Shown: positions 20,257-30,090 of the stretch, piece after piece | How the letters are laid out: each line of letters starts with the position of its first letter | How positions within the stretch are numbered: position 1 is the first letter of the stretch | Virus record (IMG/VR): IMGVR_UViG_3300035181_002074 | Location: 64,001 to 128,000 of that record | DNA length: 64,000 bases | From: a virus | Reading direction: 5' to 3' (one strand) | Program-made: the position numbers and the translations under genes | Notes under the pieces: generated by a model | Database searches by the model: none | What the model was told of the DNA's origin: nothing | The model's input: only the letters and a program-made list of their open reading frames with translations

Positions 20257-22026
20257 TTAGTTCACCGAACCTCTATCACCAACAGCCATTTCGTACTTAC
20301 GAATCGCGTGAGCTTCTTTCGCATCTTCCTCGGTATTGCGCCCAAAAGCGATAACTCCGCCAATTGTCCCTAGAAGGGAAGCGATTGATAAACTATTACG
20401 AATTGCCTCCACCACAGCAGGAACGGAATCAAGTAATTCATGTTTTGGAACCCATTTCTCTTCCGAAATATCGAAAGCTTCATTTTCATTTTTAAGCATA
20501 GATACTAGCTGTAATTCAGTATCTGCTGCATTATATCCATAATTCTTATAAATTGCACGAACTGGTTCAAGTAAAGCATCAGACAATGCAAGCATAGCCA
20601 ATCTTGCAACGTTACCATACGCGGTTGATGTGCTCATGCCCAATAATTCAGAAGACAGCTTAACTAATACGAACCCACCACCGGGACATGCTCCACTTTT
20701 AATTGCGCCACGAATAGCCATCCAAGCATCTTCAGCGCGGTCTCTTTTTTCTCTAGTTTCACCTTGAGAAGAACCGTAAATATTTAAACGCGCAATGCCG
20801 CTAGTAAGTTTTCCAATACGAACAGGGATAACTCGTTTTTCGTATTCAGATTCAGCTTTGGATAGCTGAGCCTTTAATTCATCAACACGCATTTGAATTG
20901 CTTCCAAGTCTTCTTTGGCAACAATAGAAGTCTTAAATCTCGATGCCTCAAAAGAAATCACTTTATTGTTTCTGTAGATAGATTCAGCGTTTACATCTGC
21001 AAATGGGCGATCAATCGGATTAAATACCGGACACCCAGTATAAGCTTGCATGTCGTACAGTGTTTGAGTAGAGTGGTTTCTTAAACCATTCTGCTCAGTA
21101 GCAACTGGGTATAACTTAACGTCAGATTTCCCGTTATTCCAGTTAAAGTGTAATGAACCAAGCACAGAATCATTAAATCCATGGGCTACAAGAGCTATTG
21201 CAATTGGCTGATTATTTTCTCTGGCGTAGTTCGCTAGCACATCAATACCTGTGGTAATTTGACTCAGATCATTGATAATACCGTCATATAAAACAATGAT
21301 TGGTTTATCCATTTTTACGGCAGTGCCGCCACGATCATTCACAAACCCGTTACTAAAATTACGACAAGACTCTTCATGGCCAGTTTCTACAGTGTAGCCA
21401 TGGATTCTTTCAACTTTATATTGTGAACCTTCGGTACCATCTCCGCGTTCTACGATGGTCATGTTTCCTTCATCGCCAACAACATTGAAGGCTTCAATTA
21501 CTGCATCCGCTAAAGCTTCATCACCATTGCCAGATAGAATTGCAACACGTCTTAGAATTGATTCATTATTGGCATCAATAGAGTGGGATTTAACCTTTTG
21601 CTCAATAAACGGCATCAGTTTCTGTAACTCCCGCACTATTCTTTGGGGGCTCAATTTACTATTAGTTTTAATGATATGATTTACATGCCTCGTAATGGCC
21701 GCAGAAAGGATTGTAGCGGTGGTAGTCCCATCGCCAGCGTCAATGGCAGTTCGCCCCGCTGCGTCACGCGCAGCCTCTAGAATAAGCTGTTGGATAGAGT
21801 CTTGATAGCCAAGATTACGGATCACTGTAACGCCATCTTTGGTGATGATGGGTTTCATTCCGATTTCTGCTCGCTCAATGAGTACTTGTCGCCCACCGGG
21901 CCCTAATGTATGGCCAGCCATTTCGGCCATATTATCCAATGTGCGTATAACGACATCATCCAGACTGTCTGAGGCTGGTAACATAATTTTTGCTGCTGAT
22001 TTAGGCTTCATTGCTTGAAAAGACAT
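20257..22026 (-). CDS. groEL: chaperonin GroEL
   Basis: TLGPGG, ITKDGVTV, AGDGTTTAT, GGG; lacks the GGM tail. Confidence 0.93.
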   Translation of the reverse strand: MSFQAMKPKSAAKIMLPASDSLDDVVIRTLDNMAEMAGHTLGPGGRQVLIERAEIGMKPIITKDGVTVIRNLGYQDSIQQLILEAARDAAGRTAIDAGDGTTTATILSAAITRHVNHIIKTNSKLSPQRIVRELQKLMPFIEQKVKSHSIDANNESILRRVAILSGNGDEALADAVIEAFNVVGDEGNMTIVERGDGTEGSQYKVERIHGYTVETGHEESCRNFSNGFVNDRGGTAVKMDKPIIVLYDGIINDLSQITTGIDVLANYARENNQPIAIALVAHGFNDSVLGSLHFNWNNGKSDVKLYPVATEQNGLRNHSTQTLYDMQAYTGCPVFNPIDRPFADVNAESIYRNNKVISFEASRFKTSIVAKEDLEAIQMRVDELKAQLSKAESEYEKRVIPVRIGKLTSGIARLNIYGSSQGETREKRDRAEDAWMAIRGAIKSGACPGGGFVLVKLSSELLGMSTSTAYGNVARLAMLALSDALLEPVRAIYKNYGYNAADTELQLVSMLKNENEAFDISEEKWVPKHELLDSVPAVVEAIRNSLSIASLLGTIGGVIAFGRNTEEDAKEAHAIRKYEMAVGDRGSVN

Positions 22027-22056
22027 TTGTGATTCTCCAGTACTATACTACCATAA

Positions 22057-23142
22057 CTATCCGTGCTGTCTGAGCATTTTAATATATAATCTCGATTGCC
22101 AGTCAGGGTCGCTCTTATCAATATAGTTTTTATCGGATTTGTTAATAAGCTCAGGCTTGTTGAAATACATTACCTGCTCGTCTGGTAAGCATTCAATATC
22201 GGTATTGATATAGTATTGTGTTCCTAATATGTCAAGACCTTCTTTGTCACCAATTTCTGCCTTTAATTTCAATTGCTTATACATATCCTTCACTTCGAAA
22301 TCATAAATCAACGGATGAGTATCGGATTGTTCTGACACATATTGATCATAAAGATTTGCAAACGGATTCGGGGTTTCAATCTCTTCGAGTGATAAAGGCG
22401 ATGGTATCATTCCCGCTTTGTAGCCTTCTTCCAATCCCATCCCAATCGCATAGCAATTTTTCATCGCTTTGATTCGAGCTTCTTCACTGCGACCTAATTT
22501 TTCTAGTACAGAGTTTTGTATCACTTCAGGTCTATTTAATCTTGAATATTCAAATACATTCAATGGTATGGCATCGAAATTAATAGTTTCTGTAGGTGGC
22601 CTAAAGTCAAATCTGAAAGGCTTATTTTTACGAGAATTAGGATTAACTTTAACCGCCGGAACCGTATAACCATTTTTTGCTATGATTCTGTGACAACGAA
22701 TAATGCGAAAGGTTAAACGTTTCTTAAGAGTCGTCAATACCACTTTTTCACCTTTATCATCAACCATCATTTCCAGTGTTTCTGGATCTCTTTGAATTAT
22801 TGGTGTATGTCGAATACCGTCATGATATTCGGTAGTTATAAACCCCTGCTTTTCTAGCTGGGCAATATATGTTGTAATTTGTCTTGCGCTTACGCCGATT
22901 AGCTTAGCCAAGTCTGCATTCTTAAATACACAATCACCTTTTCGCTCCCACGCACGAACCTCAAGTAACTGTAAACATTTATTCAGATTATTATTACGCT
23001 TCCCTCGCTTATTAAAATGAACGCGACGATACGGAACGTAATTAATTGTATTAAAGGCAACATGACGCTCGACTTCGGTTAAGCCGCGTATCTTACGTTT
23101 ATAAGGAACCTCTTCAATTTTCTTACTCATACTCATAATCAT
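22057..23142 (-). CDS. winged-HTH DNA-binding protein, candidate replication initiator
   Basis: KNADLAKLIGVSARQITTYIAQLEKQGFI HTH; adjacent to AT-rich inverted repeat. Confidence 0.65.
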   Translation of the reverse strand: MIMSMSKKIEEVPYKRKIRGLTEVERHVAFNTINYVPYRRVHFNKRGKRNNNLNKCLQLLEVRAWERKGDCVFKNADLAKLIGVSARQITTYIAQLEKQGFITTEYHDGIRHTPIIQRDPETLEMMVDDKGEKVVLTTLKKRLTFRIIRCHRIIAKNGYTVPAVKVNPNSRKNKPFRFDFRPPTETINFDAIPLNVFEYSRLNRPEVIQNSVLEKLGRSEEARIKAMKNCYAIGMGLEEGYKAGMIPSPLSLEEIETPNPFANLYDQYVSEQSDTHPLIYDFEVKDMYKQLKLKAEIGDKEGLDILGTQYYINTDIECLPDEQVMYFNKPELINKSDKNYIDKSDPDWQSRLYIKMLRQHG

Positions 23143-23153
23143 ACTACCATAGA

Positions 23154-23250
23154 AAATAATTCTTCTACCAATAAGGATTAAACTATTATTATATTATATA
23201 TTATAAAGAAAGAATGGTATATTAAATCCTTATTCATAGAACAATTATTT
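23154..23250. repeat. 29-bp inverted repeat with AT-rich spacer (candidate origin/operator)
   Basis: 23154-23182 matches the reverse complement of 23222-23250 at 25/29; lies at the strand switch. Confidence 0.75.
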
Positions 23251-23336
23251 ATTTAAAAGAGCCAATTATCCTAAAAAGCGAAGTAATCTCAGGTTCCGCC
23301 CCAATTAATGTTGTTTTTATGGTACTATTAATGTAG

Positions 23337-24797
23337 ATGGATAAAATGATTTTAACTGAACCTACACGTCTTTTATTACCTTCCGATTCGGAAGAAGTAA
23401 AACGTTTTCTTACTTATCAAGACAAGCAAGTGCAGTTTCAGGTATCCAGAATGAAAAGAAATTTCAGATGGAAAGCATCTGACCCTGAAAAATACATCGA
23501 ACAGATGAATAAGCTCAAAGAAGAAACAAAACAATGTTTGATTCAGTATGAGAATGGACAAGCATATACTTTTTCAGGACTGTGGAAAGATTTACATAAT
23601 CGGTTTGGATGGGAAGTTGAAAATAGAATTGAGTACCCAGTTGAACCAAGAGATATTCCATGGAAGACACCACCGAAATATGATCTCAGGTATTACCAAG
23701 AAAATGCGGTAAATGCTTTATTAGCTGCTCGACATGCAGCTATTTCACTCCCGACAGGTAGCGGGAAATCTGCCGTAATATCTTCTATTTGCAAAAGAAA
23801 TCCCGTCAAAACCGTGATCATGGCTCCTCTTGCTAGTATTGCCGAGCAACTATATCAACAGTTTTTAAGTCAGTTCGGCAAGAAATACGTTGGCAAGTTT
23901 GGTGACGGTAAAAAAGAATCTGATAAATTATTTACGGTAGCCGTAGCCCAATCTCTAACACGAATTGAAAAAGGTTCCAAAGCGTGGACAGATTTTCAAA
24001 AGGTAGATCAATTCATATCGGATGAATCACATACGGTACCAGCGGATACTTTTGAGGCAGTATGTTCTGATCTTCTGAAAAACGCACCCAATAGATTCTT
24101 TGTATCAGCTACTCAGCTGCGTAGCGACGGCTCCGAATTACTGTTAAAAGGAATCACCGGTCCTATCGTGTACAGTAAAGGTTTCCGTGATCTAGTGGAT
24201 GAAGGATTTCTAGCTAATCCAATTTTTAAGATTTTTAAAGTACCCTGCACTTATGGGGTAGGACGAAAAGACGCCAAAGAAGAAACCCGACTTCAGTTAT
24301 ACCGTAATCCATCGGTTAATGCTCTAGCCGCTAAGATTGCTGCCCAGATGGTGAATTCCTTAAACTTGCAAGTTATTATTTTAATTGATGAATTTAAGCA
24401 ATTTGAATTACTTAAGAATTACTTAACGGTGCCATTTTCATTTGCTCATGGCGGTGCAACAGCTGATCATAAAGAGTTTTTACCGGAAGAATATTGGAAA
24501 CCAGATAATGAACAAATTGTAAAAGATTTTAATTCTGGAAAAATTAGATGTTTGATTGGTACCAGTGCTATTTCTACCGGAGTAGATTTACTTCCAGTCG
24601 GATGCGTGATTTATCTTCAAGGTGGGACGTCGGAAATTAAGGTTAAGCAAGGAATTGGCAGGGGGACTCGTCTAGTGGAAGGCAAAAAAGATTTTTATGT
24701 AGTCGATTTCTTGGTTGAAGGAAGCCCCACGATGGAGCGGCATCTAGCAGAAAGGAAGGAAATCTATGAGTGCATGGGACCAGTCACCGAACACTAA
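23337..24797 (+). CDS. SF2 DEAD/H helicase (UvsW-like)
   Basis: LRYYQ, PTGSGKS, DESH, SAT, GVD, QGIGRGTR. Confidence 0.92.
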   Translation: MDKMILTEPTRLLLPSDSEEVKRFLTYQDKQVQFQVSRMKRNFRWKASDPEKYIEQMNKLKEETKQCLIQYENGQAYTFSGLWKDLHNRFGWEVENRIEYPVEPRDIPWKTPPKYDLRYYQENAVNALLAARHAAISLPTGSGKSAVISSICKRNPVKTVIMAPLASIAEQLYQQFLSQFGKKYVGKFGDGKKESDKLFTVAVAQSLTRIEKGSKAWTDFQKVDQFISDESHTVPADTFEAVCSDLLKNAPNRFFVSATQLRSDGSELLLKGITGPIVYSKGFRDLVDEGFLANPIFKIFKVPCTYGVGRKDAKEETRLQLYRNPSVNALAAKIAAQMVNSLNLQVIILIDEFKQFELLKNYLTVPFSFAHGGATADHKEFLPEEYWKPDNEQIVKDFNSGKIRCLIGTSAISTGVDLLPVGCVIYLQGGTSEIKVKQGIGRGTRLVEGKKDFYVVDFLVEGSPTMERHLAERKEIYECMGPVTEH

Positions 24798-25773
24798 AGA
24801 CCACTTTCAAAAGTTTGTAAAAAATATGAACAAGATCCTCAGAGATCTTGAAGCTAATGGTTTAGATATTCAAAAGAATTTATTAAATGATTTGTACAGT
24901 AGAGAATGTCAATTTAGGGATATTCTTGGCAAATCACGAGTAGGCAATGAGACTTATTCCGCTTTTGTGAAATTTATCATGGAAGAACAGGGCAATTCCC
25001 TTAAAAGTCGTATTTATTTTAGAGAAAGACAAAATGTTTTCTCTTCTAAGGTGGCTAAAGCTCTAAAAGGCAACGATATTGAGGCTATTAAGAAATTTAA
25101 GATTAATTATCAGTTTTGCAGGTGGGTAATCAATCGAAAAAACCCCAAATTGCCAAAATCATTAACAAAATTGTATGATAAAATTGTTGAATTGCGTAAA
25201 AACGTGTGCGAGCAATCTTTACCGTCCGCAATTCATAAGTCTAAAATTTTTTACTATGGAGTTAGTCATTCTCAGTTGAGCTATATGGATATGATTCAGC
25301 TATCAACTGAAGGTCTTTTAACGGCCATTGATAAATTTGAATTACCGTATCAGGATAACTTTGGTAACGTGGTCTATGGCCGTATGACTTTGCAAGTGGC
25401 TGATGCCCATAATGACACAATGCTAAAAATTCCTGCAAATGATCGCCGTATCTTGCAAAGAGTTAAAAGGGCGAGACAGAAATTTACGGACGATGCTGAC
25501 ATTTTAAAATTTGTGAAAGAGTCATTTCCGTCTGCCAGCGTGGAGCAGATTAATCAAGTCTTGAGCGCAGAATTACCTTCTGCATTGGATAGCGGTGACG
25601 ATGAAACACAAAAAATAGTGGATAAAATGTCTACAGGTGAAACGCCGGAGAGCACCGCCGTTCTTGTAGATAATAGGCAAAAATTATTGTTTGCGATGCA
25701 AAAATTAAATTACGTAGAATCAAAAACGGTCACCCTTAAGTTTGGTGATACAATTTATTTATTGATTAAATAG
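24766..25773 (+). CDS. phage RNA polymerase sigma factor
   Basis: DMIQLSTEGLLTAIDKFE matches sigma70 region 2.2-2.3; region 4 appears truncated. Confidence 0.75.
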   Translation: MSAWDQSPNTKDHFQKFVKNMNKILRDLEANGLDIQKNLLNDLYSRECQFRDILGKSRVGNETYSAFVKFIMEEQGNSLKSRIYFRERQNVFSSKVAKALKGNDIEAIKKFKINYQFCRWVINRKNPKLPKSLTKLYDKIVELRKNVCEQSLPSAIHKSKIFYYGVSHSQLSYMDMIQLSTEGLLTAIDKFELPYQDNFGNVVYGRMTLQVADAHNDTMLKIPANDRRILQRVKRARQKFTDDADILKFVKESFPSASVEQINQVLSAELPSALDSGDDETQKIVDKMSTGETPESTAVLVDNRQKLLFAMQKLNYVESKTVTLKFGDTIYLLIK

Positions 25774-25781
25774 GAGTATAT

Positions 25782-26072
25782 ATGATTAAGACTGTTAATA
25801 AGCTTGTAGCAACATTACCCCCAGTTGTAGATAAATTAGAAGAGAAAAGATCTGCCGGTGGATTAATGCTGCCGGGTCAAAAAACCTCGCTGATTGAGTT
25901 AACATTGGTATTTGCATATGAACTTGGCGGCAAGGTATATCCTAAAGGATCTAAAATTCTTGTAAACGGTGAAATCGTTGGATTTGATTATGCCAAGCGG
26001 GTGTATTCATTTAAGACCGATCATTTTGTTTTAATCCCTGAAGAACGAATCGTGGCAATCAATGAAGAATAA
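25782..26072 (+). CDS. groES: GroES-like co-chaperonin
   Basis: 96 aa, EEKRSAGGLMLPG mobile loop, C-terminal LIPEERIVAI. Confidence 0.75.
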   Translation: MIKTVNKLVATLPPVVDKLEEKRSAGGLMLPGQKTSLIELTLVFAYELGGKVYPKGSKILVNGEIVGFDYAKRVYSFKTDHFVLIPEERIVAINEE

Positions 26073-27066
26073 CATATTATTTATTGGTGACATGCATGTT
26101 AAGAAAGATAATCTAATTGAATCAGACAGATTAATTGATTTTGCTATTGAGACTGCTGTTGAGAATAACGCATATATTATATTTTCTGGTGATCAGTATA
26201 ATGATCACAGTATCATTCACGCATCGGTTTTAGATTTTTGGAAAAAAGCGTATGCGAAAATCAAAGCGGTTGATATTGATTCGTGTTCATTAGTCGGCAA
26301 TCATGATCTTTCATCCGACTATAAGCACAGCCCAATGTTCAGTCATTCTGATTATACTAAAGTAATACTGGAGCCTTGTCAAATCAGTCGTAATATTGGT
26401 GGCGTTGGATACGTGAAGAACCACGAGGATTTTATCACGCAGGTAATGGGGCTTTATAATGGCGGAGTTAGGTTAGTTTTTTGTCATGCAGAGTTTGATG
26501 GAGCTTCCTTTGATAATGGGTTTTATATCCCCAATGGTATTAAAATCAGTGATTTCCCGTCTGATTTAACTTTTGTTTCTGGTCATATTCACAGTCGTCA
26601 AGAATTATCCTCGAATGGGGTAGTCCGTGTTTACTACTCTGGCACCCCAAGAATGCTTACTAGATCTGATCTAAGCAAGGAAAAAACGATTATGCTGATT
26701 GATCCTTCTAATGTCAATAAAGTAAGATACATTCCAGTTCCTCCTCATGTATGTGAGCCGTTCACTCATGTAGTCGTAACATGTCTAGAAGATCTAGCTA
26801 ATATTCCTGACTCTGATCGTTCCTATGTAGATATTAAAGGTTCAAAAGAGTTTATCGCCAGTGTAATTGATAAAATTCCCGAAAGTGTTAAGGTCAGAAC
26901 CATTCCTGATACTGAGAAGCTAGTCGCTAGCTCCATTAACGAGACAGACGGTATTAATGTAGCTTTTGCTGGATATCTGAATGAATACATTAAAGAGCAT
27001 AAGATCGAAGATGATCAATTCTTGACCCAAATATTTGATTACTTGCCAAGCTGGAGGAACGCATGA
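26062..27066 (+). CDS. sbcD: SbcD/Mre11/gp47-like nuclease
   Basis: GDMH, GD, GNHD, CH, SGHIH. Confidence 0.88.
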   Translation: MKNNILFIGDMHVKKDNLIESDRLIDFAIETAVENNAYIIFSGDQYNDHSIIHASVLDFWKKAYAKIKAVDIDSCSLVGNHDLSSDYKHSPMFSHSDYTKVILEPCQISRNIGGVGYVKNHEDFITQVMGLYNGGVRLVFCHAEFDGASFDNGFYIPNGIKISDFPSDLTFVSGHIHSRQELSSNGVVRVYYSGTPRMLTRSDLSKEKTIMLIDPSNVNKVRYIPVPPHVCEPFTHVVVTCLEDLANIPDSDRSYVDIKGSKEFIASVIDKIPESVKVRTIPDTEKLVASSINETDGINVAFAGYLNEYIKEHKIEDDQFLTQIFDYLPSWRNA

Positions 27067-27365
27067 ACCCAATAGATCAATTGAAATATCTGAAGACGTT
27101 AACTATCACTACGAACTCAGTTCATGATGCTCAAATTCATCAACTGAAAAACTACCCGCTGGTAATCCCTAATATTTTAAGTGCAACCGTCAGTATTGAT
27201 ATCGAAACTAAGCTTATCGAATATAACTTGACCTTTAAGGATGATAAGGCTCCGCGCAAGACCAAAGCATTAAAAAAGAGTTTAACTAGTATCACCCAAT
27301 GGGTGCAGTACATCTTATGGGACGACGCTAATGTTGTCTTTAAGAATCACGAAATCAAATTATGA
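27063..27365 (+). CDS. hypothetical protein
   Basis: ATGA-coupled 100-aa ORF. Confidence 0.7.
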   Translation: MNPIDQLKYLKTLTITTNSVHDAQIHQLKNYPLVIPNILSATVSIDIETKLIEYNLTFKDDKAPRKTKALKKSLTSITQWVQYILWDDANVVFKNHEIKL

Positions 27366-27997
27366 GTAATGAATTAATTGACATCACGCCAGAGGAAACT
27401 TTTGAAGATAAAGCAAAAAGGTTATTATCGATTCCCGATAATAATATGCTAGTTGCGTATATCGAAGCCGGTAAGCATCCTCTTGCTCCAGAAACCGCAT
27501 CCAACTTTTATGGCCTATTCCTTACTGGTAACTCGGTAGGTGAAATTCATCGCCTAAACAAGGCTTTTCCGTATGAATCAATCTTATGGGCTGCAATTAA
27601 GTATGACTGGCACCAGAAACGCGATGAATACGCTTTAGAGTTACAGTCACAGACAGCACAAAAAGTAATGCATGCCCAATTAGAGACAGCGGGACTAATG
27701 TCTGATCTGCTTATTGCATCGACGAAAAAGCACGGGGCGAGAATCAAGAAATATTTACAGTCAGGTAACGAAGCTGATCTTGGCGACGGGTTAAGTATTG
27801 ATTCCTTGCAAAATTTAATGCGTATTGCTGAAAGTCTCCAAAAAGTGACTGGTCAGGCTAATACAGTTAAAGTTAAAACAGAAAACGTTAACACCCAGAA
27901 TGTGAATGTAAGTCTCACCTCGGATGGTAAATCGATGGATGCAGATACCGCTGCAGCAATTTTAAAAGTCGTAGCTGAATCTAGGAAGGGGAAATAA
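27362..27997 (+). CDS. putative terminase small subunit
   Basis: Upstream of TerL; HTH-like region ending KYDWHQKR, then helices. Confidence 0.5.
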   Translation: MSNELIDITPEETFEDKAKRLLSIPDNNMLVAYIEAGKHPLAPETASNFYGLFLTGNSVGEIHRLNKAFPYESILWAAIKYDWHQKRDEYALELQSQTAQKVMHAQLETAGLMSDLLIASTKKHGARIKKYLQSGNEADLGDGLSIDSLQNLMRIAESLQKVTGQANTVKVKTENVNTQNVNVSLTSDGKSMDADTAAAILKVVAESRKGK

Positions 27998-28140
27998 TGA
28001 AGAATTGTAAAAGTTCAACCTGTCTCCAGATAAACCCCCAGCCGTTTGAAGAATTTTATAATACCAATAGATTTAAGGATAGCGCAGTTATATTACATAA
28101 TGCCTTGGAATATATAAAACGGCATCAATTAGGTGTTTAA
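27997..28140 (+). pseudogene. 47-aa internally deleted endonuclease VII-like homing endonuclease remnant
   Basis: MKNCKSSTC...PFEEFYNTNRFKD joined directly to SAVILHNALEYIKRH. Confidence 0.6.
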
Positions 28141-30087
28141 ATGAATGACATTAGTACCCCCATTAATAAAACGCTGGCTGATGCATTTCTGGTGGAAATA
28201 CAGAGCCCAAGGCACATGAGAGACTGGATTGAAACCTATATAGGTATTCGATTCCCTGATACATATATAGACCCAGCCTCAAATAGTTCTCCGATTGAGG
28301 CTATGTATCGTGCATATGCCGATTATCGAGATGACAAGTGCTTGCAAACGCCCGGTTACATCTGGATGTCTGGCCGCGATTTGGGAAAAACGCTATGTGG
28401 ATCAATTTTGAATGTCCTATTAATGGTACATTTTAAAGCCAGTATTGCCCATTTTGCGGCAATCAAGCCACAATCGGAAAAATGTTTGCAATATGTAAGT
28501 GGATTTATTCGTAAAATTACCCCATATTTGGAATATCATGGTAGAAGCGTCATTGGGTCTGCAAAATCAAAAATTCAGATTGAAAATGAAGATAAAACCG
28601 TCAGCTATATAACCGTGATCGTAGCTAACATGGCGGGTGGTAATTCCGAACATTGTCCTGTTGTCTCATTTGATGAATTAGAAGTATTATCGGCAGAAGG
28701 ACTAAAAGGTTACAAAGAAGCAAAACTGATTGCTACGCGGTTTAAAAATAAAGGCCCGCTAGTAATCAAATATTCAACCCGTAAATTTGCGGGTGGTATT
28801 TTTGAAAAAGAGATCCAAAACGCCAAAAACACCGGTGAGATTGTTTTGAGTTGGAATATTGTGGATATGACAGAGAAATGCTTACCAGAGAGGTATAAAC
28901 CCGACCAGCCTAAAATTAAACGATATATTGCCAAAGAATTACCCCTACGTCAAATTACGCCAGATGAATTTGCTATGTTATCAGATAAGGATAGGCTCGA
29001 TTACGATGCTATTGATGCTTATGCTGGCTGCGTGACTTGTCCTTTGTTACCTGTTTGCCGTACAAGGCTTGCGGATCGCCCCGTGGAAGATACAGGTGGG
29101 TTTTTTAAGTCAATTGACCACACTATCCGTCAATTCAAAATTACCGATGCGGAAACCGCCATGGCACAACTTCTATGCTGGAAGCCATCTACTCAAGGAA
29201 TGGTATACCCTAGATTTTTACCGAAGGATGACGGCACGGGGAACACTTTAACAATGAAGCAGGCATGGGAAAGCTTTACAGGAACAGATGCACCCAGAAA
29301 TCTGTCTTTACCTAATTTGATTAAAAAGATGCTGGACAGTGGCGTCAGATTTCATTGTGGTCTTGACTGGGGATATAGAAACTGTTACAGTATCGTCGTT
29401 GGAGCGAAACTAGCAAATGGGGAAATGTGGCTATTAGATACCTATGCGATTAGCGGATTGGAATGGGATGCTCAGCTTGCTTTAGCTAAGCAAGTGAGAG
29501 ATATATATAAACCTGCAAAATGGTTTTGCGATACCGCATATCCGGGTAGTATAAAAACTTTTTCTAAAAATGGAATGCCATGCGGTAAATTCACAAAAGA
29601 TATTTCAGCGGGGATTAACGCCGTCAGAACTCAAATTGTAGATGCTTCGGATCGTCGAAAACTAAAGGTTGTTATCCATGAGCGGAACAATCTTATGCTA
29701 AAAATGTTTGCTGAGAACTGTTTTAAGATGGACGCGCTAGGGAATATCATTTTTGAGGAACGGGAAACTGATGTAGTGGATATCGGAGATGCCACTCGCT
29801 ATCTATTTCAGAACCTTTTTGCCCCAAAACGTGAAGGCATGAAGCATAATATCGATACTAATATTTACGCTTCGATGGATACATCCACAGAAACCTTTGA
29901 AAGTTGGCAAGAGCAGAAACTTAAGGCAGCCAGACAAGAAGATCAACTACAGGATTCCAAAGGGTTATCGCATGATGGTAACCTGTTTTGGGATTTTGGC
30001 GGACTAGACAAAACTGACGATGATCTGAGTGATCGGCCTAATATTATAGAGGAAGCCGAAGAAATCGAAAAGCTTAAAGGACAATAA
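28141..30087 (+). CDS. terminase large subunit
   Basis: SGRDLGKT, VSFDE, YST coupling motif, GLDWG nuclease, DIGDATRY. Confidence 0.9.
   Translation: MNDISTPINKTLADAFLVEIQSPRHMRDWIETYIGIRFPDTYIDPASNSSPIEAMYRAYADYRDDKCLQTPGYIWMSGRDLGKTLCGSILNVLLMVHFKASIAHFAAIKPQSEKCLQYVSGFIRKITPYLEYHGRSVIGSAKSKIQIENEDKTVSYITVIVANMAGGNSEHCPVVSFDELEVLSAEGLKGYKEAKLIATRFKNKGPLVIKYSTRKFAGGIFEKEIQNAKNTGEIVLSWNIVDMTEKCLPERYKPDQPKIKRYIAKELPLRQITPDEFAMLSDKDRLDYDAIDAYAGCVTCPLLPVCRTRLADRPVEDTGGFFKSIDHTIRQFKITDAETAMAQLLCWKPSTQGMVYPRFLPKDDGTGNTLTMKQAWESFTGTDAPRNLSLPNLIKKMLDSGVRFHCGLDWGYRNCYSIVVGAKLANGEMWLLDTYAISGLEWDAQLALAKQVRDIYKPAKWFCDTAYPGSIKTFSKNGMPCGKFTKDISAGINAVRTQIVDASDRRKLKVVIHERNNLMLKMFAENCFKMDALGNIIFEERETDVVDIGDATRYLFQNLFAPKREGMKHNIDTNIYASMDTSTETFESWQEQKLKAARQEDQLQDSKGLSHDGNLFWDFGGLDKTDDDLSDRPNIIEEAEEIEKLKGQ
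30037..30044 (+). promoter_or_regulatory. putative late promoter CCTAATAT
   Basis: Same motif at 27168, 34176, 44199 (CCTAATAC), 54432, 55376 and 59600, each upstream of a gene start in the late region. Confidence 0.65.
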
Positions 30088-30090
30088 CCA

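Noticed and set aside
22223-22230. CCTAATAT copy antisense inside the HTH gene
   Set aside because: No plus-strand gene nearby; probably chance, though late antisense control cannot be excluded.
6410-30087. Inteins or group I introns in dnaE, nrdJ, helicase, terL
   Set aside because: ORFs are continuous, normal in size, and show no intein or LAGLIDADG motifs.
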